Source: Candidatus Spechtbacterales bacterium (GTDB lineage Bacteria; Patescibacteriota; Minisyncoccia; Spechtbacterales; 2-12-FULL-38-22). Taken from it: a stretch of DNA of 64,000 nt. The stretch is taken from assembly GCA_040902285.1 (NCBI GenBank), contig JBBDXP010000012.1, forward strand, positions 8,501 to 72,500, in the 5' to 3' direction. Position numbers and translations under genes: made by a program. A model generated the notes under the pieces. The model had not been told where the DNA came from and did no database searches. It was given only the letters and a program-made list of their open reading frames with translations. Of this stretch, positions 48,759 through 58,491 are shown in pieces; position 1 is the first letter of the stretch, and each line of letters begins with the position of its first letter.

Positions 48759-49508
48759 ATGATAACTATAAAATCAAAAGAGGAAATAGAAAAAATGCGC
48801 CAAAGCGGCAAAATTGCCGCTTTAATTTTGCATGAGATTGCCGATGCCGCCCAGCCCGGCGTAAAAACATCTCAGCTTAATGAGCTGGCCGAAAAGCTGA
48901 TAAAAGTGCATGGAGTCGAGGCGGCATTTAAGGGTTATCAAAAATTCCCCGCCTCATTGTGCGCATCCATAAACGATGTGGTCGTGCATGGCGTCCCTGA
49001 CGAAACAGAACTAAAGGAAGGAGATGTTCTCGGTTTGGATTTCGGAGTCGTTTATGACGGGTGGTATTCGGATACCGCTATTACTTTGGGGGTGGGAAAT
49101 ATATCGCACGAAGCATCCCGCATTATAAAAGTGGCAAAAAAAGCTCTCCGTCTCGGAATTAAAAAAGCAAAGCCCGGAAACACCACTCAAGATATCGGCA
49201 ACACCATTCAGCGCTATGTGGAAGACGAGGGCTTCCATGTTGTGCGCGAACTTGTCGGCCACGGCATAGGCAGGAATTTACACGAAGATCCCTCGGTGCC
49301 CAATTACGGCAAGCGCCATCTTGGGACGGTTTTGGAAGAAGGAATGGTTATAGCCATAGAGCCCATGATTGTGGCCGGCCCGCCTCTTTTAGAATTGCAC
49401 GCTGACGAGTTCGGATACAAAAGCAAACATAAATTTTTAACCGCTCATTTCGAGCATACAGTCGCTATTACAGCCGATGCTTCCCTTGTGCTTACCGAGA
49501 CCGATTAA
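48759..49508 (+). CDS. map: Type I methionine aminopeptidase
   Basis: VVHGVP, SDTA, GHGIG..LHEDP, AIEPM, HFEHT. Confidence 0.97.
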   Translation: MITIKSKEEIEKMRQSGKIAALILHEIADAAQPGVKTSQLNELAEKLIKVHGVEAAFKGYQKFPASLCASINDVVVHGVPDETELKEGDVLGLDFGVVYDGWYSDTAITLGVGNISHEASRIIKVAKKALRLGIKKAKPGNTTQDIGNTIQRYVEDEGFHVVRELVGHGIGRNLHEDPSVPNYGKRHLGTVLEEGMVIAIEPMIVAGPPLLELHADEFGYKSKHKFLTAHFEHTVAITADASLVLTETD

Positions 49509-49546
49509 CATTCTGGCGACCTGCGATTTCGTGATACAATAAGTAT

Positions 49547-50305
49547 ATGCGCGAACATAATATAAGGTTGTCCGTGATAATACCGGCCTATAACGAAGCC
49601 GAAAGAATCGGTGGTACTCTTTTAGATGTTGATAAATATTTAACAAGTCAGGACTACGCTTATGAGATTTTGGTAGTAAATGACGGCTCTGCCGATAATA
49701 CGGTTGATACGGTAAAAAGCTATAAAAAATTGATTGGCAACCTGGAATTAATTGACAATAAAAAAAACCACGGAAAAGGGTATGTGGTCCGCAAGGGTAT
49801 GCTGGAGGCAAAAGGGAAATGGCGTCTTTTTATGGATGCGGACGGTTCCACATCCGTTGACCATGTGGAAAAAATGTGGCCGTTAACTGAAAAGGATTAC
49901 AAAGTCATTATCGGCTCCCGCGATTCTAAAGATGCCAAGGGCGCCAAGCAAAATGTCAAACAGCCCCTTGCAAGGAGATTGCTCGGAAATATGGGCAACA
50001 TTTTGATACAAGTAGTGGGGGTTTGGGGCATTTGGGATACGCAAAATGGTTTTAAAATGTTCCATGAAGAAGCTGCTCAAAAAATATTTTCAAAAGCTCT
50101 CATAGACAAATGGGGTTTTGACATAGAAGCGCTGGCTCTGGCCAGAAAAATGGATTACAAAATAGGCATAATACCGGTTTCCTGGAAAGACGATCCGAGA
50201 AGTCATGTAAGCTTGAAAGGATATTTAAATACATTTGTGGAGCTTTTTAAAATCAGATTGAATTTAATTCTCGGAAAGTATGATGGTCAAAAAGAAAACC
50301 AGTAA
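49547..50305 (+). CDS. GT2 glycosyltransferase (dolichyl-phosphate glucosyltransferase-like)
   Basis: IIPAYNE, VNDGS, GKG, MDAD, DTQNGFK. Confidence 0.9.
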   Translation: MREHNIRLSVIIPAYNEAERIGGTLLDVDKYLTSQDYAYEILVVNDGSADNTVDTVKSYKKLIGNLELIDNKKNHGKGYVVRKGMLEAKGKWRLFMDADGSTSVDHVEKMWPLTEKDYKVIIGSRDSKDAKGAKQNVKQPLARRLLGNMGNILIQVVGVWGIWDTQNGFKMFHEEAAQKIFSKALIDKWGFDIEALALARKMDYKIGIIPVSWKDDPRSHVSLKGYLNTFVELFKIRLNLILGKYDGQKENQ

Positions 50306-51338
50306 AAATAAAAAATCTAAACCGGTAAATCCTCAAAAAAAAGTATCTGAACTTAGGAGGGATCTGGTAACGGGGGATTGGATTGCTATAGCAACGGGCA
50401 GGGCGGGGAAACCGCGAGCTTTTATAAAAGAGGACAAATCGCGCCTGGATACGGACATAACTAAATGTCCGTTCGAGAATCCTCAGGCGCACGGCAACAA
50501 GCCGCCGCTTCTTTTGTATAAAAATAAGAAACATCCCGATTGGAGCTTACAGGTTATACCCAACAAATATCCGGCTTTCGGCCATATGGAAGGTTGCGGG
50601 GATATACAAGAAGTAGGCCCGTATCTTGTTCGCGACGGCAGGGGGTATCACGAGGTAATAATAACTCGGGATCACAAAAAACATTTGGCGCTTTTGGCTC
50701 TTGGCGAAGTGGCAGAGGTTATTAGCGCATACAAAGCGCGTTATCTGGTTCTTAAAGAGGATGAATGCGTAAAATATATTTCGATTTTTCATAACCACGG
50801 CGCGGATGCGGGGGCCTCTCTTCCTCATCCCCACTCTCAGCTTATAGCGGTTCCTTTTGTGCCTTCGGATATTCACCGTTCCCTGGTTGGCTCTAATATG
50901 TTTTTTCGCAAAAACGGCCAATGCGTCCATTGTTCAATGGTGGCCTGGGAATTAAAAGATAAAAAGAGATTGGTTTTTGAAAACGAAATGTTTGTCGCTT
51001 TTTGCCCCTTTGTTTCGCGGACCGCTTTTGAGATAAGAATATTTCCAAAAGGGCACAGGGCTTACTTTGAAAACCTTCCGGATAAGGATATACCTCAATT
51101 AGCGGAAGCATTGCGGGCTTCTCTGGCAAAATTAAACAAGCTGTTGGATGATCCTTCATATAATTTTTTTATACACACAGCTCCCGTAGACGGAGGAAAA
51201 TACCCCAATTATCACTGGCACATAGAAATACTTCCCAAAACCGCGATATGGGCGGGTTTCGAGCTTGGAACGGGCATAGAAATATCAACATTGGAACCCA
51301 AAAAAGCCGCCAAATTTTTAAGAGATGTTAAAATATAG
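50280..51338 (+). CDS. galT: Galactose-1-phosphate uridylyltransferase (HIT family)
   Basis: CPF, PNKYP, GASLPHPHSQ, HWHIEI. Confidence 0.9.
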   Translation: MMVKKKTSKNKKSKPVNPQKKVSELRRDLVTGDWIAIATGRAGKPRAFIKEDKSRLDTDITKCPFENPQAHGNKPPLLLYKNKKHPDWSLQVIPNKYPAFGHMEGCGDIQEVGPYLVRDGRGYHEVIITRDHKKHLALLALGEVAEVISAYKARYLVLKEDECVKYISIFHNHGADAGASLPHPHSQLIAVPFVPSDIHRSLVGSNMFFRKNGQCVHCSMVAWELKDKKRLVFENEMFVAFCPFVSRTAFEIRIFPKGHRAYFENLPDKDIPQLAEALRASLAKLNKLLDDPSYNFFIHTAPVDGGKYPNYHWHIEILPKTAIWAGFELGTGIEISTLEPKKAAKFLRDVKI

Positions 51339-51343
51339 TTATT

Positions 51344-51967
51344 ATGGATAATTTGCTGGCATGGCTCGCTTCTTTAATAATCAATACCATAGACCAGATG
51401 GGATACGCGGGTGTTTTTGTACTAATGGCACTAGAGAGCGCCAATATTCCCATACCTTCAGAAATCACGATGACATTTTCAGGTTTTTTGGCATCGCTTG
51501 GTCGGCTTAATTTTTATTGGATAGTTTTTTGGGGCGCGTTAGGCAATCTTATAGGTTCTTTGGCGGGCTATTATATAGGATTTTTCGGGGGGCGCCCTTT
51601 TGTGAAAAAGTATGGAAAGTATATGTTCATGCATGAGCATGATATAGCTATGGCAGAAAACATGTTTGCAAGATACGGAAAATCAATAGCGTTTTTTTCC
51701 AGATTGCTTCCGGTAATCAGGACTTTTATTTCAACTCCTGCCGGAATTGCTAAAATGAATATATGGCAGTTTTCCGTTTATACTTTCGCCGGTTCTTTTA
51801 TCTGGTCTGCCATGTTGGCATATGTCGGATTTTTAGCCGGAGAAAACTGGGATTTTCTTAGTCCTTATTTTAGAAAATTTGACTGGGTCATAATATTGTT
51901 TGGAATTGTTGCCGTTGCGTGGTGGATAAGGAGACACTATAAAATATCTAAAAAATATGGACAATAG
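51344..51967 (+). CDS. DedA family membrane protein
   Basis: LESANIPIPSE, SRLLPVIRTFISTPAG. Confidence 0.92.
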   Translation: MDNLLAWLASLIINTIDQMGYAGVFVLMALESANIPIPSEITMTFSGFLASLGRLNFYWIVFWGALGNLIGSLAGYYIGFFGGRPFVKKYGKYMFMHEHDIAMAENMFARYGKSIAFFSRLLPVIRTFISTPAGIAKMNIWQFSVYTFAGSFIWSAMLAYVGFLAGENWDFLSPYFRKFDWVIILFGIVAVAWWIRRHYKISKKYGQ

Positions 51968-52715
51968 AAAAAAATATTTCATCGCAAATTGGAAAATGAA
52001 TCCCGCGTCAGAAAACGACGCCAAGAAACTTGCCCGCAATGTGGTTGCCCTCTTGCGCGCGGTTAAAAAAAGAGGGAATACCCGAATTGTTTTATGTCCT
52101 CCTTTTACGTTCTTACTGCCCGTTGCTTCATTGCTGGGCTATGGCGCGGAATTAGGCGCTCAAAACTGTCATTTCGAGGACTCGGGAGCTTACACAGGGG
52201 AAGTATCGGCAAAAATGCTTAAAAGTTTAAAATGTCGATATGTAATTGTCGGGCATTCGGAGCGCAGAAATTATTTTAACGAGGATTCTAAATTAATAAA
52301 CAAAAAACTTCATTCCGTTTTAAAAAATGGTTTAACGCCGGTTTTGGCCGTGGGAGAAAAAGAAGGAGAATCTGTAAAAGTGATAGAGCGCCAGCTTAAA
52401 GAAGCTCTTGAGGGTGTAAGCGGAGCCAAGGCAAAAAATATTATAATAGCTTACGAACCGGTCTGGGCTATAGGTACGGGAAAATCCGCCACCGCGGATA
52501 ATGCTATGAGCGCCCGGATAATGATAAGAAAGGTGTTGGCGGCTTTTTATCCCAAAACAACGGCAAATAAGATTCCTGTTTTATACGGGGGCAGCACAGA
52601 TAGCAAAAACATAGTCCGTTTTACCAAAGACGCTCAAATGGACGGCGCGCTTGTGGGGGACTCAAGCTTAAACGCAAAAGAATTTATTAAAATGGTTGAA
52701 GAAATAGGAAAATGA
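51957..52715 (+). CDS. tpiA: Triosephosphate isomerase
   Basis: ANWKMN, GHSERR, AYEPVWAIGTG, YGGS. Confidence 0.97.
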   Translation: MDNRKKYFIANWKMNPASENDAKKLARNVVALLRAVKKRGNTRIVLCPPFTFLLPVASLLGYGAELGAQNCHFEDSGAYTGEVSAKMLKSLKCRYVIVGHSERRNYFNEDSKLINKKLHSVLKNGLTPVLAVGEKEGESVKVIERQLKEALEGVSGAKAKNIIIAYEPVWAIGTGKSATADNAMSARIMIRKVLAAFYPKTTANKIPVLYGGSTDSKNIVRFTKDAQMDGALVGDSSLNAKEFIKMVEEIGK

Positions 52716-52716
52716 G

Positions 52717-52830
52717 TCCCGTTAGTAATTACCCTAACGGGTCTGCTAAACTAAGTACAGTAAATATAGGTAGTTGATTTAGTTAAATACATATAAATTA
52801 AAACTGCGTAAGTAGTAATTACTAACGGGA
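52717..52830 (+). mobile_element. Family A element, copy A4, inserted in the tpiA-stop/pgk-start ATGA overlap
   Basis: Perfect 16-bp TIR, TGAG direct repeats, 110/114 identical to A1. Confidence 0.88.
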
Positions 52831-53978
52831 TGAGATTATTGGAAAATTTAAAAATAGAACCACACACACGGGTTATCTTAAGGACTGATTACAATGTGTC
52901 TGTTGTTAACGGAAAAGTGGAGGATGATTTCAGAATAGAGGCCTCTCTTAAAACCATTGAATACCTGTTGGCCAAGAAAGCAAAAATAATAATAATGTCG
53001 CATATGGGCAGGCCCCGGGGGCGCGACAAGTCCTTAAGTTTGAAGCCAGTTGCCGATCATTTGGAAACCCTTTTAAATAAAAAAATTTTGTTTTTTGCTG
53101 ATGTTGAAACGGCTCAGCATAGCATAGAGGATATGAAGCCGGGGGATATAGCAATGCTCGAAAATCTGCGCTTTTTTCCGGGAGAAGAGGCGTCTGACAA
53201 GCGGTTCGCTAACGAACTTTCAAAACTGGGAGATGTGTATGTTGACGACGCCTTTGCGGTTGCTCATCGCAAACACACTTCCGTTTTTCTGCTTCCCCGG
53301 CTTTTGCCTCCGGCGGCCGGATTTTTAATACAAAAAGAGGTAAATGTTCTGGATGAAATACGCGTGGCGCAAAAACCGCCCGTAGTTTTTATACTCGGCG
53401 GCGCCAAGGTGGAAACAAAGGTAAAGATATTCATTAAGCTTATCCACAAAATAGATGCCATATGTATTGGAGGCCTGCTTGCCAACTCTATTTTGATGAC
53501 TAAAGGCATAGCCATAGGAAAATCTAATTATGAAGATATAGCGCAATATGTTGACGGCATGGATCTCACAGATACCCGCTTGCACCTTCCTTTGGATGTT
53601 GTGGTTTCAAAAGACCCCTCGGGCAAAAGTCCTGCGAGAATAACGGCTGTAGCAAGCGTAAAGGCCGATGAAATGATACTGGATGCCGGTCCCGACACCA
53701 TAAAGTTATTCTCAAAGATAATAAGAACAGCGGGTACTGTTGTTTGGAATGGACCGTTGGGAGTTTTTGAAATAGAAAAATTCAGCAAAGGAACAAGGGA
53801 TCTTGCCAAAGAGTTAAAAAACACAAAAGCGAGAGTTGTTGTCGGCGGGGGAGATATAGTGCGGGCAATACATAAAGTTGGAGCCGAAAAATCCATATAC
53901 TACCAGTCCACCGGAGGCGGGGCCATGCTTGAATATCTGGCCGAAGGAAAACTACCCGCGCTGGATGTCCTTAAATAA
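52830..53978 (+). CDS. pgk: Phosphoglycerate kinase
   Basis: RTDYNV, SHMGRP, LENLRF, GGAKV, WNGP, STGGGA. Confidence 0.97.
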   Translation: MRLLENLKIEPHTRVILRTDYNVSVVNGKVEDDFRIEASLKTIEYLLAKKAKIIIMSHMGRPRGRDKSLSLKPVADHLETLLNKKILFFADVETAQHSIEDMKPGDIAMLENLRFFPGEEASDKRFANELSKLGDVYVDDAFAVAHRKHTSVFLLPRLLPPAAGFLIQKEVNVLDEIRVAQKPPVVFILGGAKVETKVKIFIKLIHKIDAICIGGLLANSILMTKGIAIGKSNYEDIAQYVDGMDLTDTRLHLPLDVVVSKDPSGKSPARITAVASVKADEMILDAGPDTIKLFSKIIRTAGTVVWNGPLGVFEIEKFSKGTRDLAKELKNTKARVVVGGGDIVRAIHKVGAEKSIYYQSTGGGAMLEYLAEGKLPALDVLK

Positions 53979-53989
53979 GAGTCAAAACA

Positions 53990-55684
53990 ATGAGTTTACT
54001 AAATAAAACCTGGAAAATAAACAAGCCGGCTCCGCCGAGCTTTATTAAATTAAAAACAGGGTATTCGGAAGTTGTAGGACAACTTCTTTGGAATAGAGGT
54101 GTAAAAACAAAAAAGAATACCGGCAAATTTATGCATCCGGATTATTACAAAGACCTTCACGATCCAAAATTATTAAAAAATATAAACACCGCCATAAAAA
54201 GGATAAGTTCCGCTATAGAGAAAAATGAAAAAATTTTAATATATGGCGATTACGACGCTGACGGCGTTTGCAGTTCCACCCTTTTAAAAGAAGGACTGCA
54301 AAGATGCGGCGCCACAAACATATCGGTATATATTCCTCACAGAGACGATGAGGGTTATGGTCTTAATGAGTCAGCCGTGCACCAATTTATAAAAGAAAAA
54401 TACAATTTGCTAATAACAGTGGATTGCGGCTCCGGCAACATTGAAGAAATAAAATTAGCGCAAGATAACGGTATAGATGTTGTGGTAATAGACCACCACC
54501 AAGTTTTAACAGAGAAAAAATTTTGCCATGCGCTGGTAAACCCTCACCAAAAAGGAGATAAATATCCCTTTAAAGACATTTGCGCTACGGCAGTCGCGTT
54601 TAAGGTTATACAGGCGTTAAACGCGAAAACAAAGTCCTTTGAAAAGGAACAGGAAAAATGGTTTTTGGATTTGGTGGCGATAGCCACAGTAACCGATGTA
54701 ATGCCCCTAATTGACGAAAACAGAACTTTTGTAAAATACGGGCTTATGGTTTTGAAAAAAACAAAGCGCGAAGGACTTAAGGCGCTTATGGAGGTATCTA
54801 AACTTAAAAATTTAAACTCCGACGCGCTCGGATTCATTTTAGGTCCCCGAATAAACTCGGCTGGCAGAGTCGCGCATGCCGACCTCGCGTTTAATTTGCT
54901 TAACGCCAAAAAACCCGCGAAAGCAAAGGCGTTTGCCCTACGGCTTGAAAATAAAAACAAGGAACGACAAAAAATAGTTTCCAAAATCTTAGAAGAAATA
55001 GATTTCGAAACTTTAAAAGGACAGAATGTTATATTTGAAGGCAAAGAACACTGGCCCATAGGTGTTCTTGGTATAGTTGCGGGACGGCTGGCAGATACTT
55101 TTGGAAAACCTTCTTTTGTTTATCAGAAAAAACAAGCGGTTTTAGTGGGCTCGGCAAGAACGCCCTACAATTTTAACACTGTGCAAATACTTTCAAGCTG
55201 TGAAAATATTCTTCAAAAATTTGGCGGGCACAGGCAGGCAGGCGGTTTTACCGCTCTTTTAGAACACGAAGAAGCGCTTGCGAAAGGGATTAACAAACAC
55301 ATCATAAATATGGGAAAAAGGATCAAAAACAAATTACCGGTTCTTTCTATAGACGCTGATGTAACAGCCGGAGATATAAATTACGACCTTTACAAGCAAT
55401 TACTCTTGCTTGAGCCCTACGGAGAGGGCAATCCCAGGCCCAATTTTATTCTAAAAAACGCGCAACTAAAAAATATGCGCTTGGTGGGCTCGAAAAACAC
55501 TCACTTAAAATGCGCCATAGAAAAGGATAACAAAACACTAAGTGCTATAGGTTTTAACATGGCCACTGCCGCGGCAAACTTACAAAACAGCGATATCGTT
55601 GATATAGTGTTTAATATAGACATAAACGATTTTAACGGGGTACAAAACCTGGACCTAAAACTGGTGGATATAAAAAAGAGATAA
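53990..55684 (+). CDS. recJ: Single-stranded-DNA exonuclease RecJ
   Basis: YGDYDADG, TVDCG, DHH, PRINSAGR, GSAR, GGH, EPYGEGNP. Confidence 0.96.
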   Translation: MSLLNKTWKINKPAPPSFIKLKTGYSEVVGQLLWNRGVKTKKNTGKFMHPDYYKDLHDPKLLKNINTAIKRISSAIEKNEKILIYGDYDADGVCSSTLLKEGLQRCGATNISVYIPHRDDEGYGLNESAVHQFIKEKYNLLITVDCGSGNIEEIKLAQDNGIDVVVIDHHQVLTEKKFCHALVNPHQKGDKYPFKDICATAVAFKVIQALNAKTKSFEKEQEKWFLDLVAIATVTDVMPLIDENRTFVKYGLMVLKKTKREGLKALMEVSKLKNLNSDALGFILGPRINSAGRVAHADLAFNLLNAKKPAKAKAFALRLENKNKERQKIVSKILEEIDFETLKGQNVIFEGKEHWPIGVLGIVAGRLADTFGKPSFVYQKKQAVLVGSARTPYNFNTVQILSSCENILQKFGGHRQAGGFTALLEHEEALAKGINKHIINMGKRIKNKLPVLSIDADVTAGDINYDLYKQLLLLEPYGEGNPRPNFILKNAQLKNMRLVGSKNTHLKCAIEKDNKTLSAIGFNMATAAANLQNSDIVDIVFNIDINDFNGVQNLDLKLVDIKKR

Positions 55685-55686
55685 AT

Positions 55687-56130
55687 ATGGCACAATCAAA
55701 CAAAATCACAGTTCATGTTGATGGAGGAGCGCGTGGAAATCCGGGACCTGCGGCACTTGGTGTTGTTTTTGCGGCACCCTTAAATAAAGAATATTCAAGT
55801 TATCTGGGAGTAAAAACAAACAACGAGGCCGAATATTCAGCGGTTGTCTTTGCTTTGCAAAAATTAAAATCTTTGCTTGGAAAAGATAAAACAAAAAATA
55901 CAGAGGTACAATTTTTTATGGATTCCGAACTTGCCGTTAAGCAGTTAAGCTACCAGTACAAAATTGAAAGTCCAAATATAATACCTCTATTCATAAAAAT
56001 ACATAATTTAAGATTGGGTTTCGATAAAGTGGCATTTACGCACGTTCCTCGAGAAAAAAATAAAGATGCCGACAGAATGGTCAACGTGGAATTGGATAAG
56101 CGCATGGGAAAAAATTTGTTTAATTCTTAA
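55687..56130 (+). CDS. rnhA: Ribonuclease HI family protein
   Basis: DGGARGNPG, TNNEAEY, DSEL, PREKNKDAD. Confidence 0.9.
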   Translation: MAQSNKITVHVDGGARGNPGPAALGVVFAAPLNKEYSSYLGVKTNNEAEYSAVVFALQKLKSLLGKDKTKNTEVQFFMDSELAVKQLSYQYKIESPNIIPLFIKIHNLRLGFDKVAFTHVPREKNKDADRMVNVELDKRMGKNLFNS

Positions 56131-56141
56131 ACCAATTCAAC

Positions 56142-56315
56142 AGAAAGTTCCGATATTCTTATCCGAAGAGCTCTCGGAGGCGCAAAAGCTTGGTTCCCGT
56201 AGGGAGTTTGTGCTGAGAGGCAGCGGACGGTTTCCGTCCGCCTCGGCTTCGCCTCAGCGAGACGGGCTGGAGAAACCGGACCGCGGTCTGAGGATAAGAA
56301 GTATCGGAACTTTCT
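56142..56315 (-). repeat. Family B palindromic element, copy B3 (inverted relative to B1 and B2)
   Basis: 23-bp terminal stem with one bulge; minus strand reads GACCGCGGTCCGGTTTCTCCAGC...GAACCAAGC...GCCTCCGAGA. Confidence 0.75.
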
Positions 56316-56364
56316 AAATCTCTAGGTTTTGAAAAGAAAGATTCCTAAGCTGGGCTCTCCAATA

Positions 56365-56393
56365 CAAAAGCCCCGCCAATGGCGGGGCTTTTG
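56365..56393. terminator. Bidirectional terminator (rnhA / rnpB)
   Basis: CAAAAGCCCCGCC-AAT-GGCGGGGCTTTTG. Confidence 0.8.
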
Positions 56394-56395
56394 CT

Positions 56396-56894
56396 TGAGA
56401 ATATTATAAGCCGAATTCTGTACCAAAATTGTCTGAGTGAAACGAAGTCACAATTTTGAGTACCCGCCATAGCCCAAGGGGCGTAGGAGGGTTGTCCGCC
56501 TTCGCATAAAGCTACGGTGGACGCTCAATTTTGTAATTGTTCGTGAGCTCGCGAACAAAATTGGCGAGAGTTATTTATCTGCCCATCTCGTTGCCGAGAG
56601 GGTCAAGCGGCACTTCCTGCATATTCTTGTAAAAACGCAGGACACGGCCTTGCACTCGGGTAAGGATTTAGCCGTTTCACTCTGGCTTTTTTGTCCCTAT
56701 GGCCAGATTGAGCCTTCTACGCTGGGATTGGGCCCCTCCTGCCTTTCGGCGCGGAGCGTCACTGTTCGCACCTCTATCCTCGCGGACGACGGGCGTTACC
56801 CGCTACCCGGCTCCTTGCTTTAACGCAAGGGAGTGTTCGGACTTTCCTCCCCACACCTTGCGAACAAGGCGCAGAGCAACTCTCCGTATTCTCA
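56396..56894 (-). ncRNA. rnpB: RNase P RNA (about 499 nt, expanded P19 region)
   Basis: Minus strand has GAGGAAAGTCCG near the 5' end and ACAGAATTCGGCTTA near the 3' end; P1 TGAGAATA/TATTCTCA; TATAAT just upstream. Confidence 0.92.
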
Positions 56895-56993
56895 CGGATA
56901 TTATACATTATTTTAAACAAGATGTAAAGTTGAGAATACAACAGTTTCATTGTATTATGATACCAAATTGTATAATTGTTCTGATTAAAAATA

Positions 56994-58376
56994 ATGAGAA
57001 AGAATGACTTGTTTTTCAATATAATACTTGTGCCCATAGATCTGCTTTTACTTGTCAGCGCGGGCTTTGCCGCTTATTTTTTGCGCACCAGTCATTTCGT
57101 CTCCGATATCAAACCCGTTCTCTTCAACCTTCCTTTGCCGTATTTTTTTACAATAACAATTGCTTTTGCGATATTTATAACCCTTGTTTTCGCGTTAAGC
57201 GGGCTTTACATTATGCGCAGAACCACTTCAGTTTTGCAGGAGCTGGCGAAAGTTGTGGTTTCTGTTTCCGCGGGAATGGCAATGATTATCGCGTTCATGT
57301 TTTTTAACAGGGAATGGTTCGATTCGCGTTTTATACTTCTTGCGGCCTGGGGATTCTCTATTATTTTTGTATCTTTCGGCCGGATATCTATAAGAATAAT
57401 AAAAAGTTCGGTTTTACATAAGCGCGGTGTGGGTGCCGAAAACACAATAGTTTTGGGACAGGGGGAAAAAGTTGAGATTATTAAAAAACAGATTTTGCAA
57501 AACAAAAAACTGGGCCTTAATTTGGTGGGAATCCTGCCCATGCCCAATTATAACCTTTTAAAAAGTATGCATGCTGGTAAAAATCTGCACAGAGTTATAA
57601 CCGTGAACGCGGATTTTGACAGAAGCGAAATTATGCGCGTTGTAAACTTTTGTGAGGAAAACGGAATACAATTTTCCTACATTCCCGATATGTTCGATTC
57701 CATTGTCGCCGACATGTCTTTTGATATTCTAGAAGGTTTTCCCGTGGTTTCTGTAAGACCTAGTCCTTTGGATGGATGGGGAAATGCCGCAAAGCGGCTG
57801 ACAGATATAGTCGGCGCTGTTTTGGGGCTTATAGTACTGTCTCCGTTGTTTGCTGTAATCGTGTTTGCTATTAAATGGGACACTCGTGGGCCGGTTTTAG
57901 TAAAACTGAAAAGAGTAAGCAGAGGAAAGGAGTTTGGGCTGTATAAGTTCCGCTCTATGGTCAGCAACGCCGAAGAATTAAAGCCGATGCTCGCGCATTT
58001 AAACGAAAGGGAAGACGGGCCTTTGTTCAAAATGGCGTCCGATCCGCGCATAACAAGAGTGGGCAAATTTTTAAGGGCGAAGAGATTTGACGAGCTTCCT
58101 CAGCTTATAAATGTTTTAAAGGGCGAGATAAGTTTGGTGGGTCCAAGGCCTCACGAGCCGGGAGAAATTATGCTGTACAAAGATTATCACAAAAAAGTTT
58201 TGGCTTTAAAAAGCGGGATCACGGGCATGGCTCAAGTCAGCGGAGCCTCAGATCTGCCCTTTGACCAAGAGGTTAAACTGGATAGATTTTATATAGAAAA
58301 CTGGTCCTGGAAAATGGATTTGGTTATATTTTTAAAAACCGTTAAGATGTTCCTATTCGATAAAAGCGGGGTATAA
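56994..58376 (+). CDS. Polyprenyl-phosphate sugar phosphotransferase (WcaJ/WbaP-like)
   Basis: KRLTDI, YKFRSM, DPRIT, DELPQL, SLVGPRP, GITGMAQV. Confidence 0.93.
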   Translation: MRKNDLFFNIILVPIDLLLLVSAGFAAYFLRTSHFVSDIKPVLFNLPLPYFFTITIAFAIFITLVFALSGLYIMRRTTSVLQELAKVVVSVSAGMAMIIAFMFFNREWFDSRFILLAAWGFSIIFVSFGRISIRIIKSSVLHKRGVGAENTIVLGQGEKVEIIKKQILQNKKLGLNLVGILPMPNYNLLKSMHAGKNLHRVITVNADFDRSEIMRVVNFCEENGIQFSYIPDMFDSIVADMSFDILEGFPVVSVRPSPLDGWGNAAKRLTDIVGAVLGLIVLSPLFAVIVFAIKWDTRGPVLVKLKRVSRGKEFGLYKFRSMVSNAEELKPMLAHLNEREDGPLFKMASDPRITRVGKFLRAKRFDELPQLINVLKGEISLVGPRPHEPGEIMLYKDYHKKVLALKSGITGMAQVSGASDLPFDQEVKLDRFYIENWSWKMDLVIFLKTVKMFLFDKSGV

Positions 58377-58391
58377 GCTCGCTCCGCGAAC

Positions 58392-58491
58392 AGTAGGTAG
58401 TAGGTAGAATGTAGTAGGTAGAATGTAGTAGGTAGTAGAAAATCCAAAAATAAAAATTCTACTTACTACCTACTACATACTACTTACTAAT
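58392..58491. repeat. Inverted heptamer-repeat cassette
   Basis: Seven AG(T/A)A(G/T)GT-type units (58392-58440), a spacer, then five complementary TACTACN-type units (58457-58491). Confidence 0.85.

Noticed and set aside
56066-57037. ORFs 56066-56317, 56699-57007 and 56774-57037
   Set aside because: They overlap element B3 or rnpB.
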